Shown here piece after piece: positions 30,322 to 41,169 of a DNA stretch of 64,000 nucleotides. The position numbers were made by a program, and so were the translations under genes. The stretch is taken from positions 131,812,001 through 131,876,000 of the forward strand of contig OZ024742.1 in assembly GCA_964016885.1 (NCBI GenBank). Direction: 5' to 3'. Numbering within the stretch: position 1 is the stretch's first letter; the number at the start of each line of letters is the position of its first letter. The DNA comes from Eledone cirrhosa. Its lineage: Eukaryota. Below the pieces are notes generated by a model. It saw nothing but the letters and a program-made list of their open reading frames with translations. It was not told where the DNA came from and searched no databases.

Positions 30322-30325
<4 letters not shown>
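29578..30325. mobile_element. Double fold-back element carrying an HHR-like motif
   Basis: ~29578-29650 is inverted at ~29885-29952; ~29672-29872 is inverted at ~30128-30325. Confidence 0.7.
30105..30192 (+). ncRNA. Hammerhead-like motif (stem II unresolved)
   Basis: TCTCTCG-CTGATGA...GAA-ACAGATTAAA(CC)TTTAGTCTGT-C-CGAGAGA; 7-bp stem I, 10-bp stem III, GUC site. Confidence 0.55.
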
Positions 30326-30365
<40 letters not shown>

Positions 30366-30379
30366 TACACACACACACA

Positions 30380-30416
<37 letters not shown>

Positions 30417-30498
30417 TAAAATCACAGATTAAAGTTTAAGCAAATAATCGCTGTTTTCACCCTGAATGGGATCTTCTGAAACTCAAATTTATTATTAT

Positions 30499-30607
<109 letters not shown>

Positions 30608-30630
30608 CATACATATATATATATATATAT

Positions 30631-32925
30631 ATATGTGAATATAGACATAGAATATTCGAAAATATTCTGTATGTTTATAATAAACATTTTGAAGACCTAA
30701 TCGCTATAGAATAGAATACGTCACGTATTACAATTAGATTCTCGATAAAAGCAAGGGAAGTAATCTACGCGTTTCATTCTCGTTAGAAATCATCAGGACT
30801 ACATATCCAGTGCTTTTATCGAGAATGACACAGCTAGAGACTTATAGAATACTTAGCTGTGTACAGGAACTGGTTTGAAAGAGCGGTTGCCGGTCCGGCA
30901 GAAATTAGAAATTGGAATAAATGCTCTGAAATAGCGATATATATGTGAATATAGACATAGAATATTCGAAAATATTCTGTATGTTTATAATAAACATTTT
31001 GAAGACCTAATCGCTATAGAATAGAATACGTCACGTATTACAATTAGATTCTCGATAAAAGCAAGGGAAGTAATCTACGCGTTTCATTCTCGTTAGAAAT
31101 CATCAGGACTACATATCCAGTGCTTTTATCGAGAATGACACAGCTAGAGACTTATAGAATACTTAGCTGTGTACAGGAACTGGTTTGAAAGAGCGGTTGC
31201 CGGTCCGGCAGAAATTAGAAATTGGAATAAATGCTCTGAAATAGCGATATATATGTGAATATAGACATAGAATATTCGAAAATATTCTGTATGTTTATAA
31301 TAAACATTTTGAAGACCTAATCGCTATAGAATAGAATACGTCACGTATTACAATTAGATTCTCGATAAAAGCAAGGGAAGTAATCTACGCGTTTCATTCT
31401 CGTTAGAAATCATCAGGACTACATATCCAGTGCTTTTATCGAGAATGACACAGCTAGAGACTTATAGAATACTTAGCTGTGTACAGGAACTGGTTTGAAA
31501 GAGCGGTTGCCGGTCCGGCAGAAATTAGAAATTGGAATAAATGCTCTGAAATAGCGATATATATGTGAATATAGACATAGAATATTCGAAAATATTCTGT
31601 ATGTTTATAATAAACATTTTGAAGACCTAATCGCTATAGAATAGAATACGTCACGTATTACAATTAGATTCTCGATAAAAGCAAGGGAAGTAATCTACGC
31701 GTTTCATTCTCGTTAGAAATCATCAGGACTACATATCCAGTGCTTTTATCGAGAATGACACAGCTAGAGACTTATAGAATACTTAGCTGTGTACAGGAAC
31801 TGGTTTGAAAGAGCGGTTGCCGGTCCGGCAGAAATTAGAAATTGGAATAAATGCTCTGAAATAGCGATATATATGTGAATATAGACATAGAATATTCGAA
31901 AATATTCTGTATGTTTATAATAAACATTTTGAAGACCTAATCGCTATAGAATAGAATACGTCACGTATTACAATTAGATTCTCGATAAAAGCAAGGGAAG
32001 TAATCTACGCGTTTCATTCTCGTTAGAAATCATCAGGACTACATATCCAGTGCTTTTATCGAGAATGACACAGCTAGAGACTTATAGAATACTTAGCTGT
32101 GTACAGGAACTGGTTTGAAAGAGCGGTTGCCGGTCCGGCAGAAATTAGAAATTGGAATAAATGCTCTGAAATAGCGATATATATGTGAATATAGACATAG
32201 AATATTCGAAAATATTCTGTATGTTTATAATAAACATTTTGAAGACCTAATCGCTATAGAATAGAATACGTCACGTATTACAATTAGATTCTCGATAAAA
32301 GCAAGGGAAGTAATCTACGCGTTTCATTCTCGTTAGAAATCATCAGGACTACATATCCAGTGCTTTTATCGAGAATGACACAGCTAGAGACTTATAGAAT
32401 ACTTAGCTGTGTACAGGAACTGGTTTGAAAGAGCGGTTGCCGGTCCGGCAGAAATTAGAAATTGGAATAAATGCTCTGAAATAGCGATATATATGTGAAT
32501 ATAGACATAGAATATTCGAAAATATTCTGTATGTTTATAATAAACATTTTGAAGACCTAATCGCTATAGAATAGAATACGTCACGTATTACAATTAGATT
32601 CTCGATAAAAGCAAGGGAAGTAATCTACGCGTTTCATTCTCGTTAGAAATCATCAGGACTACATATCCAGTGCTTTTATCGAGAATGACACAGCTAGAGA
32701 CTTATAGAATACTTAGCTGTGTACAGGAACTGGTTTGAAAGAGCGGTTGCCGGTCCGGCAGAAATTAGAAATTGGAATAAATGCTCTGAAATAGCGATAT
32801 ATATGTGAATATAGACATAGAATATTCGAAAATATTCTGTATGTTTATAATAAACATTTTGAAGACCTAATCGCTATAGAATAGAATACGTCACGTATTA
32901 CAATTAGATTCTCGATAAAAGCAAG
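30631..32925 (-). repeat. Retrozyme-like tandem array, left block: 7.4 copies of a 310-bp unit, HHR on the minus strand (7 HHRs)
   Basis: ATATGTGAAT recurs at 30631, 30941, 31251, 31561, 31871, 32181, 32491 and 32801. Confidence 0.92.
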
Positions 32926-35728
32926 AGCATTTATTCCAATTTCTAATTTCTGCCGGACCGGCAACCGCTCTTTCAAACCAGTTCCTGTACACAGCTAAGT
33001 ATTCTATAAGTCTCTAGCTGTGTCATTCTCGATAAAAGCACTGGATATGTAGTCCTGATGATTTCTAACGAGAATGAAACGCGTAGATTACTTCCCTTGC
33101 TTTTATCGAGAATCTAATTGTAATACGTGACGTATTCTATTCTATAGCGATTAGGTCTTCAAAATGTTTATTATAAACATACAGAATATTTTCGAATATT
33201 CTATGTCTATATTCACATATATATCGCTATTTCAGAGCATTTATTCCAATTTCTAATTTCTGCCGGACCGGCAACCGCTCTTTCAAACCAGTTCCTGTAC
33301 ACAGCTAAGTATTCTATAAGTCTCTAGCTGTGTCATTCTCGATAAAAGCACTGGATATGTAGTCCTGATGATTTCTAACGAGAATGAAACGCGTAGATTA
33401 CTTCCCTTGCTTTTATCGAGAATCTAATTGTAATACGTGACGTATTCTATTCTATAGCGATTAGGTCTTCAAAATGTTTATTATAAACATACAGAATATT
33501 TTCGAATATTCTATGTCTATATTCACATATATATCGCTATTTCAGAGCATTTATTCCAATTTCTAATTTCTGCCGGACCGGCAACCGCTCTTTCAAACCA
33601 GTTCCTGTACACAGCTAAGTATTCTATAAGTCTCTAGCTGTGTCATTCTCGATAAAAGCACTGGATATGTAGTCCTGATGATTTCTAACGAGAATGAAAC
33701 GCGTAGATTACTTCCCTTGCTTTTATCGAGAATCTAATTGTAATACGTGACGTATTCTATTCTATAGCGATTAGGTCTTCAAAATGTTTATTATAAACAT
33801 ACAGAATATTTTCGAATATTCTATGTCTATATTCACATATATATCGCTATTTCAGAGCATTTATTCCAATTTCTAATTTCTGCCGGACCGGCAACCGCTC
33901 TTTCAAACCAGTTCCTGTACACAGCTAAGTATTCTATAAGTCTCTAGCTGTGTCATTCTCGATAAAAGCACTGGATATGTAGTCCTGATGATTTCTAACG
34001 AGAATGAAACGCGTAGATTACTTCCCTTGCTTTTATCGAGAATCTAATTGTAATACGTGACGTATTCTATTCTATAGCGATTAGGTCTTCAAAATGTTTA
34101 TTATAAACATACAGAATATTTTCGAATATTCTATGTCTATATTCACATATATATCGCTATTTCAGAGCATTTATTCCAATTTCTAATTTCTGCCGGACCG
34201 GCAACCGCTCTTTCAAACCAGTTCCTGTACACAGCTAAGTATTCTATAAGTCTCTAGCTGTGTCATTCTCGATAAAAGCACTGGATATGTAGTCCTGATG
34301 ATTTCTAACGAGAATGAAACGCGTAGATTACTTCCCTTGCTTTTATCGAGAATCTAATTGTAATACGTGACGTATTCTATTCTATAGCGATTAGGTCTTC
34401 AAAATGTTTATTATAAACATACAGAATATTTTCGAATATTCTATGTCTATATTCACATATATATCGCTATTTCAGAGCATTTATTCCAATTTCTAATTTC
34501 TGCCGGACCGGCAACCGCTCTTTCAAACCAGTTCCTGTACACAGCTAAGTATTCTATAAGTCTCTAGCTGTGTCATTCTCGATAAAAGCACTGGATATGT
34601 AGTCCTGATGATTTCTAACGAGAATGAAACGCGTAGATTACTTCCCTTGCTTTTATCGAGAATCTAATTGTAATACGTGACGTATTCTATTCTATAGCGA
34701 TTAGGTCTTCAAAATGTTTATTATAAACATACAGAATATTTTCGAATATTCTATGTCTATATTCACATATATATCGCTATTTCAGAGCATTTATTCCAAT
34801 TTCTAATTTCTGCCGGACCGGCAACCGCTCTTTCAAACCAGTTCCTGTACACAGCTAAGTATTCTATAAGTCTCTAGCTGTGTCATTCTCGATAAAAGCA
34901 CTGGATATGTAGTCCTGATGATTTCTAACGAGAATGAAACGCGTAGATTACTTCCCTTGCTTTTATCGAGAATCTAATTGTAATACGTGACGTATTCTAT
35001 TCTATAGCGATTAGGTCTTCAAAATGTTTATTATAAACATACAGAATATTTTCGAATATTCTATGTCTATATTCACATATATATCGCTATTTCAGAGCAT
35101 TTATTCCAATTTCTAATTTCTGCCGGACCGGCAACCGCTCTTTCAAACCAGTTCCTGTACACAGCTAAGTATTCTATAAGTCTCTAGCTGTGTCATTCTC
35201 GATAAAAGCACTGGATATGTAGTCCTGATGATTTCTAACGAGAATGAAACGCGTAGATTACTCCCCTTGCTTTTATCGAGAATCTAATTGTAATACGTGA
35301 CGTATTCTATTCTATAGCGATTAGGTCTTCAAAATGTTTATTATAAACATACAGAATATTTTCGAATATTCTATGTCTATATTCACATATATATCGCTAT
35401 TTCAGAGCATTTATTCCAATTTCTAATTTCTGCCGGACCGGCAACCGCTCTTTCAAACCAGTTCCTGTACACAGCTAAGTATTCTATAAGTCTCTAGCTG
35501 TGTCATTCTCGATAAAAGCACTGGATATGTAGTCCTGATGATTTCTAACGAGAATGAAACGCGTAGATTACTTCCCTTGCTTTTATCGAGAATCTAATTG
35601 TAATACGTGACGTATTCTATTCTATAGCGATTAGGTCTTCAAAATGTTTATTATAAACATACAGAATATTTTCGAATATTCTATGTCTATATTCACATAT
35701 ATATCGCTATTTCAGAGCATTTATTCCA

Positions 35729-35735
<7 letters not shown>
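32924..35735 (+). repeat. Retrozyme-like tandem array, right block: ~9.1 copies of the same unit inverted, HHR on the plus strand (9 HHRs)
   Basis: TTCAGAGCAT recurs every 310 bp from 33231 to 35711; reverse complement of the left block. Confidence 0.92.
33025..33113 (+). ncRNA. Type I hammerhead ribozyme of the 310-nt unit (representative copy)
   Basis: GTAGTC-CTGATGA(33055-33061)-T-TTCT(AACG)AGAA-T-GAA-ACGCGT-A^GATTAC. Stem I is extended by the perfect 16-bp ATTCTCGATAAAAGCA/TGCTTTTATCGAGAAT. Predicted cleavage after 33085. Confidence 0.85.
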
Positions 35736-35783
<48 letters not shown>

Positions 35784-35854
35784 CAAATATATATACATAT
35801 ATATGTAGATATATATATGTATATATATGTATATATATATATATACACACACAG

Positions 35855-35891
<37 letters not shown>

Positions 35892-35893
<2 letters not shown>

Positions 35894-36797
35894 CGATATT
35901 AAACAAATGGAAACTACATTTATAAAACCATATTTATTTCATTATATATATTTCAGGGATATCATATTAATAATATGCTATGCCTTCCTCAGACAAAATA
36001 CAATATAAACAGTTTTATTGATAAATATATTTGACATACCGTACAACATCGACTTGTATTTGAAAAGTTGAATTGGCAGTGAAAAAATTGTACACAGAGA
36101 GAAAGAAAGAGAGAAAAAAAAGAGAGAAAAAAGAAAAGAAAGACAGAAAACGAAGAAAAAGAAGAAAAAGAAGAAATGCATGGAACAAAATAGAGAGATG
36201 GAAAGATAGATAAAGAGAAGAACTTCATGTAAAGAAACAGAGATATATATATATATAGAGAGAGAGAGGAAGATATATATATAGAAAACTATGTAGTGGG
36301 ATATCCGTTGAGTAAACGTATCAATGATACATTTATCTATTTATTTATTTATTTAGCTCTAGTATTAATGTAAGGGAGATATATGTGGTTAGGAGAGAAA
36401 CCAGCTGTTATATAGAGAGAAAAATTAAAAATAACCAGACATAGGCGAGGCATAAAAACCCTATGTTTTAATGTAGAGGTATTAGTATGTATAAAAAAAC
36501 CAGCCACTATATTGTAAATATCAGTATTCCTGAATGAGACATGTATCCATAATGTGTGAAAAGTAATGATCTTATGTTTAGTTTTTTAGAAAAATTCATA
36601 TGTTTATGTGATAACTACAAACATCTATGTGAATTCACATGATCAACTCTGCAAACCCTAAGTTCACGGAAAACATTCTCATTGTGCTATAAAAATTTAA
36701 GTATACATATATGTGTATATATATACACACATATATATATTACTACTATTCTTGTCTTTACTCTACAAGATTATCTATCAAGCAGAAATAGAGAGCA
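35892..36797 (-). repeat. Inverted pseudo-LTR segment (HHR at ~35935-36000, minus strand)
   Basis: Reverse complement of 39836-40741 with few differences. Confidence 0.9.
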
Positions 36798-37020
36798 TAT
36801 CTATAAAACTGTTTATATTGTATTTTGTCTGAGGAAGGCATAGCATATTATTAATATGATATCCCTGAAATATATATAATGAAATAAATATGGTTTTATA
36901 AATGTAGTTTCCATTTGTTTAATATCGTAAATATACTCCAAATACTTGTCGAGTGCTTTTATATCAGTTATAAATATTTACTCGTTGTAGCCCAACAATT
37001 TAAATATAACTTTCCATGTA
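36798..37020 (+). repeat. Partial 5' pseudo-LTR (direct repeat)
   Basis: Matches 40610-40832. Confidence 0.9.
36821..36886 (+). ncRNA. pLTR hammerhead ribozyme
   Basis: TATTTTGT-CTGAGGA-AGG...CCT-GAA-ATATATAT-A-ATGAAATA; 8-bp stem I, palindromic stem III. Confidence 0.75.
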
Positions 37021-37064
37021 TCTTGCTCCAATACTGTTGAGCGCTTTATATTATAACTGGAAAA

Positions 37065-38399
37065 ATGGAATTCTTTAAGATTACTTCCTCTTTAAAAGAC
37101 ATACCTCTACCTAGAAACAAAGACTTTATAAAACAATTAATAGATAAATCTGACTCTTTTATAAGGAGAATCAGGTGGCGAGCATTCCACTTTGATAAAT
37201 CTAATATAAATGAAAATGTCTCGGACTTAAACAAAGTTTTCAAATCTAAAAGAAATCCACCCCCTAACAAACTTTTATCTGACTATGAAAACGATATAAT
37301 TTCTATCATACAAGGGGTCAAATTCAAGAGAAACTTCAAAGGCCAGGAATATCTAAAAGGCATTAAGGATAATATTGAGAGCTTAGAGAAAACTGAGAAG
37401 ATCTTGGTGAACTCTGACAAGACCAACAACCTCTATGGAGTGCAGAAACACATGTATAATGGCCTCATACTGAAGGAACTGAGGAAAAAGTACAAGGTAG
37501 CAGATAAGGCCGAGCTTGAGAAAATGAATGTCGAAGCATCTTGTATAATGCATGAGTTGGAAATTGAGAACAGAACACAACCTTTCGTGCCCAGGAAACC
37601 GAAGATCAATATGAAAGATCACAAGAGGAATTTTGAAAATGACTTGCCAGTTAGATTGATCGCACCATCAAAATCGGACCTGGGCAAATTAAGCAAAAAC
37701 ATTCTTGACAGGGTGATACAGCAAATTAAGAACTTGGATTGTTTATCTAACCTGAGCTTGTGGAAGGGAACTGGAGAGGTTGTTGAGTGGTTTAAGCAAA
37801 TTAAATATAACAATAATAATAAGTTTATTCAACTTGATATTGCTAACTATTATTCTTCTATTACCCCTAATCTACTAAATAAGGCTCTAAATTACGCATT
37901 CAAACATACTGACCTAACTAGCAATGAAATGCATATTATATTATCGGCTAGGAAAACATTGATAGAATTTAATGACCAACTATGGACCAGAGCAGATAGA
38001 GATAGCAACTTTGACATTACTATGGGATCATCCGACTCAGCTCAGGTAACTGACCTTGTGGGCTTATTTTTAATCAATTCGCTACATAGGAAAATACCTG
38101 GTACTACCGGAGGTTTATATAGAGATGACATGTTTTTACTTATTGATAATAATAACTCTGAACTAAATAGAAAATGTAAACAAATTACACAATTTTTTAA
38201 TTACTTTAATCTTAAAATAGAAATTGAGAACAACCATAGAATAGTCAATTTCCTAGATATAACATTAAATCTCAACACATGTCTTCACTATCCTTTTCAC
38301 AAGTTGAATGAAAACTTAAACTATGTCAACTTTAACTCTAACCACCCCAGATCTGTCAAAAAACACTATAGTAAACTCTGTTCAAAAACGTATCTCTAG
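37065..38399 (+). CDS. PLE reverse transcriptase (N-terminal part of the frameshifted polyprotein)
   Basis: SDKT, KDHK..PVRLI, FIQLDIANYYSSI, ITMGSSDSAQVTDLVG, LYRDD, NFLDITL, YVNFNSNHP motifs. Confidence 0.9.
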   Translation: MEFFKITSSLKDIPLPRNKDFIKQLIDKSDSFIRRIRWRAFHFDKSNINENVSDLNKVFKSKRNPPPNKLLSDYENDIISIIQGVKFKRNFKGQEYLKGIKDNIESLEKTEKILVNSDKTNNLYGVQKHMYNGLILKELRKKYKVADKAELEKMNVEASCIMHELEIENRTQPFVPRKPKINMKDHKRNFENDLPVRLIAPSKSDLGKLSKNILDRVIQQIKNLDCLSNLSLWKGTGEVVEWFKQIKYNNNNKFIQLDIANYYSSITPNLLNKALNYAFKHTDLTSNEMHIILSARKTLIEFNDQLWTRADRDSNFDITMGSSDSAQVTDLVGLFLINSLHRKIPGTTGGLYRDDMFLLIDNNNSELNRKCKQITQFFNYFNLKIEIENNHRIVNFLDITLNLNTCLHYPFHKLNENLNYVNFNSNHPRSVKKHYSKLCSKTYL

Positions 38400-39279
38400 G
38401 ATCTCGTCGAATAGAAAGATTTTCGACGAAAAAGCCCAATACTACAATGAAGCGTTAGCTAGAGCAGGATATACTGATAAGATTATGTACATAGATAATG
38501 ATAGACAAACTAAACAAAATAACAACTATTTTAATTACGGCAACAACCTTAACAACTATAATAGAAAGCATTACAATAATTCCAAAGGCCAAAAAAGAAA
38601 TAGAACTAGGAACATAATTTGGTTTGCCCCCCCTTTCTCACTAAACATTAAAACCCACATCGCTAAACTATTTTTTAAAGCTCTTGATAATCGCTTCCCT
38701 AGAACACATAGGTATCACTCAATTTTCAATAGACATACTATAAAATTAACCTACTCATCCACCAAAAATTTAGCACAAAATATTAATAGTATAAATAATA
38801 GGAACTTAAAACCTAGTGATAATAGCATAAATAATATACAAGTTAACAAATGTAACTGTAGAGATAAATCTAAATGTCCATTAAATAACAACTGCTTAGT
38901 TAAAAATATAGTATACAATTGTAATGTTAAAACTGACTCTAATTCTTTTAACTACGTCGGTTCCACATCGACGGAATTTAAACTTCGCTATAATAACCAC
39001 AAGAATTCTTTCACAGATCCAAGCAAAAAATCTTCAATGGCACTATCAGGCGTACTCTGGCAACTTAAGCTAGATAACGTTAGATATTCGACGGCTTGGA
39101 ATATAGTCTCAAGAGGGATTCCTTTTAATTCATCCTCTGAGACATGTGACCTCTGCGCAGAGGAGATATTCTTTATACTAAAATCTAAAAATTCCCTTAA
39201 TCTACGGACAAATTTATTCAGTTGCTGCAAACATAGATTAAACTCAACTTTTAAATATAAATTTAAATTTAAAATGTAG
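38323..39279 (+). CDS. PLE thumb/linker and GIY-YIG endonuclease (C-terminal part of the polyprotein)
   Basis: IIWFAPPFS, CNC-x5-CPL, IVY...YVGST...FKLRYNNH, CDLCAEE, CCKH. Joins the upstream ORF if one A is removed from the A6 run at 38358-38363. Confidence 0.88.
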   Translation: MSTLTLTTPDLSKNTIVNSVQKRISRISSNRKIFDEKAQYYNEALARAGYTDKIMYIDNDRQTKQNNNYFNYGNNLNNYNRKHYNNSKGQKRNRTRNIIWFAPPFSLNIKTHIAKLFFKALDNRFPRTHRYHSIFNRHTIKLTYSSTKNLAQNINSINNRNLKPSDNSINNIQVNKCNCRDKSKCPLNNNCLVKNIVYNCNVKTDSNSFNYVGSTSTEFKLRYNNHKNSFTDPSKKSSMALSGVLWQLKLDNVRYSTAWNIVSRGIPFNSSSETCDLCAEEIFFILKSKNSLNLRTNLFSCCKHRLNSTFKYKFKFKM

Positions 39280-39835
39280 TATATTTAGTTTGATTTATAA
39301 TTATATGGGAAACTAGCCGATAAATCTTTCGATTTCTTCTTTTTATTCTTTTTATTTTTATTTTTATTTTTATTTAAACATTCTTCATGAAAAATTAAGC
39401 TACCCTAAAAGTTGATGCTCCAAATATTTCGAATAAACGTTACACTAGATAAACTTCTATATTAAATATAAGAACACATGTAGACCAAATGGGAATCCTA
39501 AACTTTTTGAAATGATTTTTGCTAGATGCGATTTGATAAATAATTTTTAGCTTTATCTGTTTTTCGACTCTGATGCTTATAATGAACTTGGCAATATATT
39601 GTCAATTAATTTTGAAGGGTTGATCTTTGTGGTTTACTTTTATTGTAGTATTTTCTAATATTTTTATTTTTAATATGTAATATTTTTAATATGTAATATT
39701 CTTTCGTAATATTTTTTAGTTTTCTATTTTATTATTATTTATTATTATATTTATTATATTTATTATTATTATTATTATTGTTATATTTTTGATTTTTGTT
39801 TCTGATATATATTTTTTTATTAATATATTGAAATC

Positions 39836-40832
39836 TGCTCTCTATTTCTGCTTGATAGATAATCTTGTAGAGTAAAGACAAGAATAGTAGTAATATATAT
39901 ATGTGTGTATATATATACACATATATGTATACTTAAATTTTTATAGCACAATGAGAATGTTTTCCGTGAACTTAGGGTTTGCAGAGTTGATCATGTGAAT
40001 TCACATAGATGTTTGTAGTTATCACATAAACATATGAATTTTTTTTAAAAAACTAAACATAAGATCATTACTTTTCACACATTATGGATACATGTCTCAT
40101 CAGGAATACTGATATTTACAATATAGTGGCTGGTTTTTTTATACATACTAATACCTCTACATTAAAATATAGGGTTTTTATGCCTCGCCTATTTCTGGTT
40201 ATTTTTAATTTTTCTCTCTATATAACAACTGGTTTCTCTCCTAACCACATATATCTCCCTTACATTAATACTAGAGCTAAATAAATAAATAAATAGATAA
40301 ATGTATCATTGATACGTTTACTCAACGGATATCCCACTACATAGTTTTCTATATATATATCTTCCTCTCTCTCTATATATATATATCTCTCTCTGTTTCT
40401 TTACATGAAGTTCTTCTCTTTATCTATCTTTCCATCTCTCTATTTTGTTCCATGCATTTCTTCTTTTTCTTCTTTTTCTTCGTTTTCTGTCTTTCTTTTC
40501 TTTTTTCTCTCTTTTTTTTCTCTCTTTCTTTCTCTCTGTGTACAATTTTTTCACTGCCAATTCAACTTTTCAAATACAAGTCGATGTTGTACGGTATGTC
40601 AAATATATTTATCTATAAAACTGTTTATATTGTATTTTGTCTGAGGAAGGCATAGCATATTATTAATATGATATCCCTGAAATATATATAATGAAATAAA
40701 TATGGTTTTATAAATGTAGTTTCCATTTGTTTAATATCGTAAATATACTCCAAATACTTGTCGAGTGCTTTTATATCAGTTATAAATATTTACTCGTTGT
40801 AGCCCAACAATTTAAATATAACTTTCCATGTA
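39836..40832 (+). repeat. 3' pseudo-LTR with HHR at 40633-40698
   Basis: Matches both upstream copies; CTGAGGA at 40641, GAAA at 40679. Confidence 0.88.
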
Positions 40833-41169
40833 TATATATATATATATGAGTGTGTGTGTGTGTTTCTTTTTAATGGCTAATAATTCCTTACCGATGCCAC
40901 CCGAGTAAGGTAATTATCTAACGCATAAAGAAGGCCGCAACATATAATTCTGCTTCAGGCCAGAACAGAACTGGGAGTGATAACAATTAAGGGGCAACTC
41001 CACATTCCCCACAGCTTCTGAATTCCCAAACTGGAGCCTTGCCACTGGAGGCATTTTAAAGTCATACCCAGGAAATATATAAATATATTGTTGCCTGAAT
41101 GTGCGGTTGTAATCACTAAAGAAAAGCCCTCAGTATGTACTCATAGAGGTAAATACGCTATATTGTATG

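Larger units (their letters stand above)
35892..40832 (+). mobile_element. Near full-length Penelope-like retroelement (probably Naiad group) inserted in (TA)n
   Basis: RT+GIY-YIG coding region flanked by pseudo-LTRs, with an inverted 5' segment and (TA)n on both sides. Confidence 0.9.

Noticed and set aside
30870-30920. Second, opposite-polarity hammerhead in the 310-mer (TTGAAAGA...TGCCGG/CCGGCA-GAAA)
   Set aside because: Core spacing is wrong and no stem I partner is present.
30631-35735. CRISPR array or protein-coding repeat
   Set aside because: The units are identical with no unique spacers, there are no cas genes, the context is eukaryotic, and the track shows no ORF of 60 aa or more within the array.
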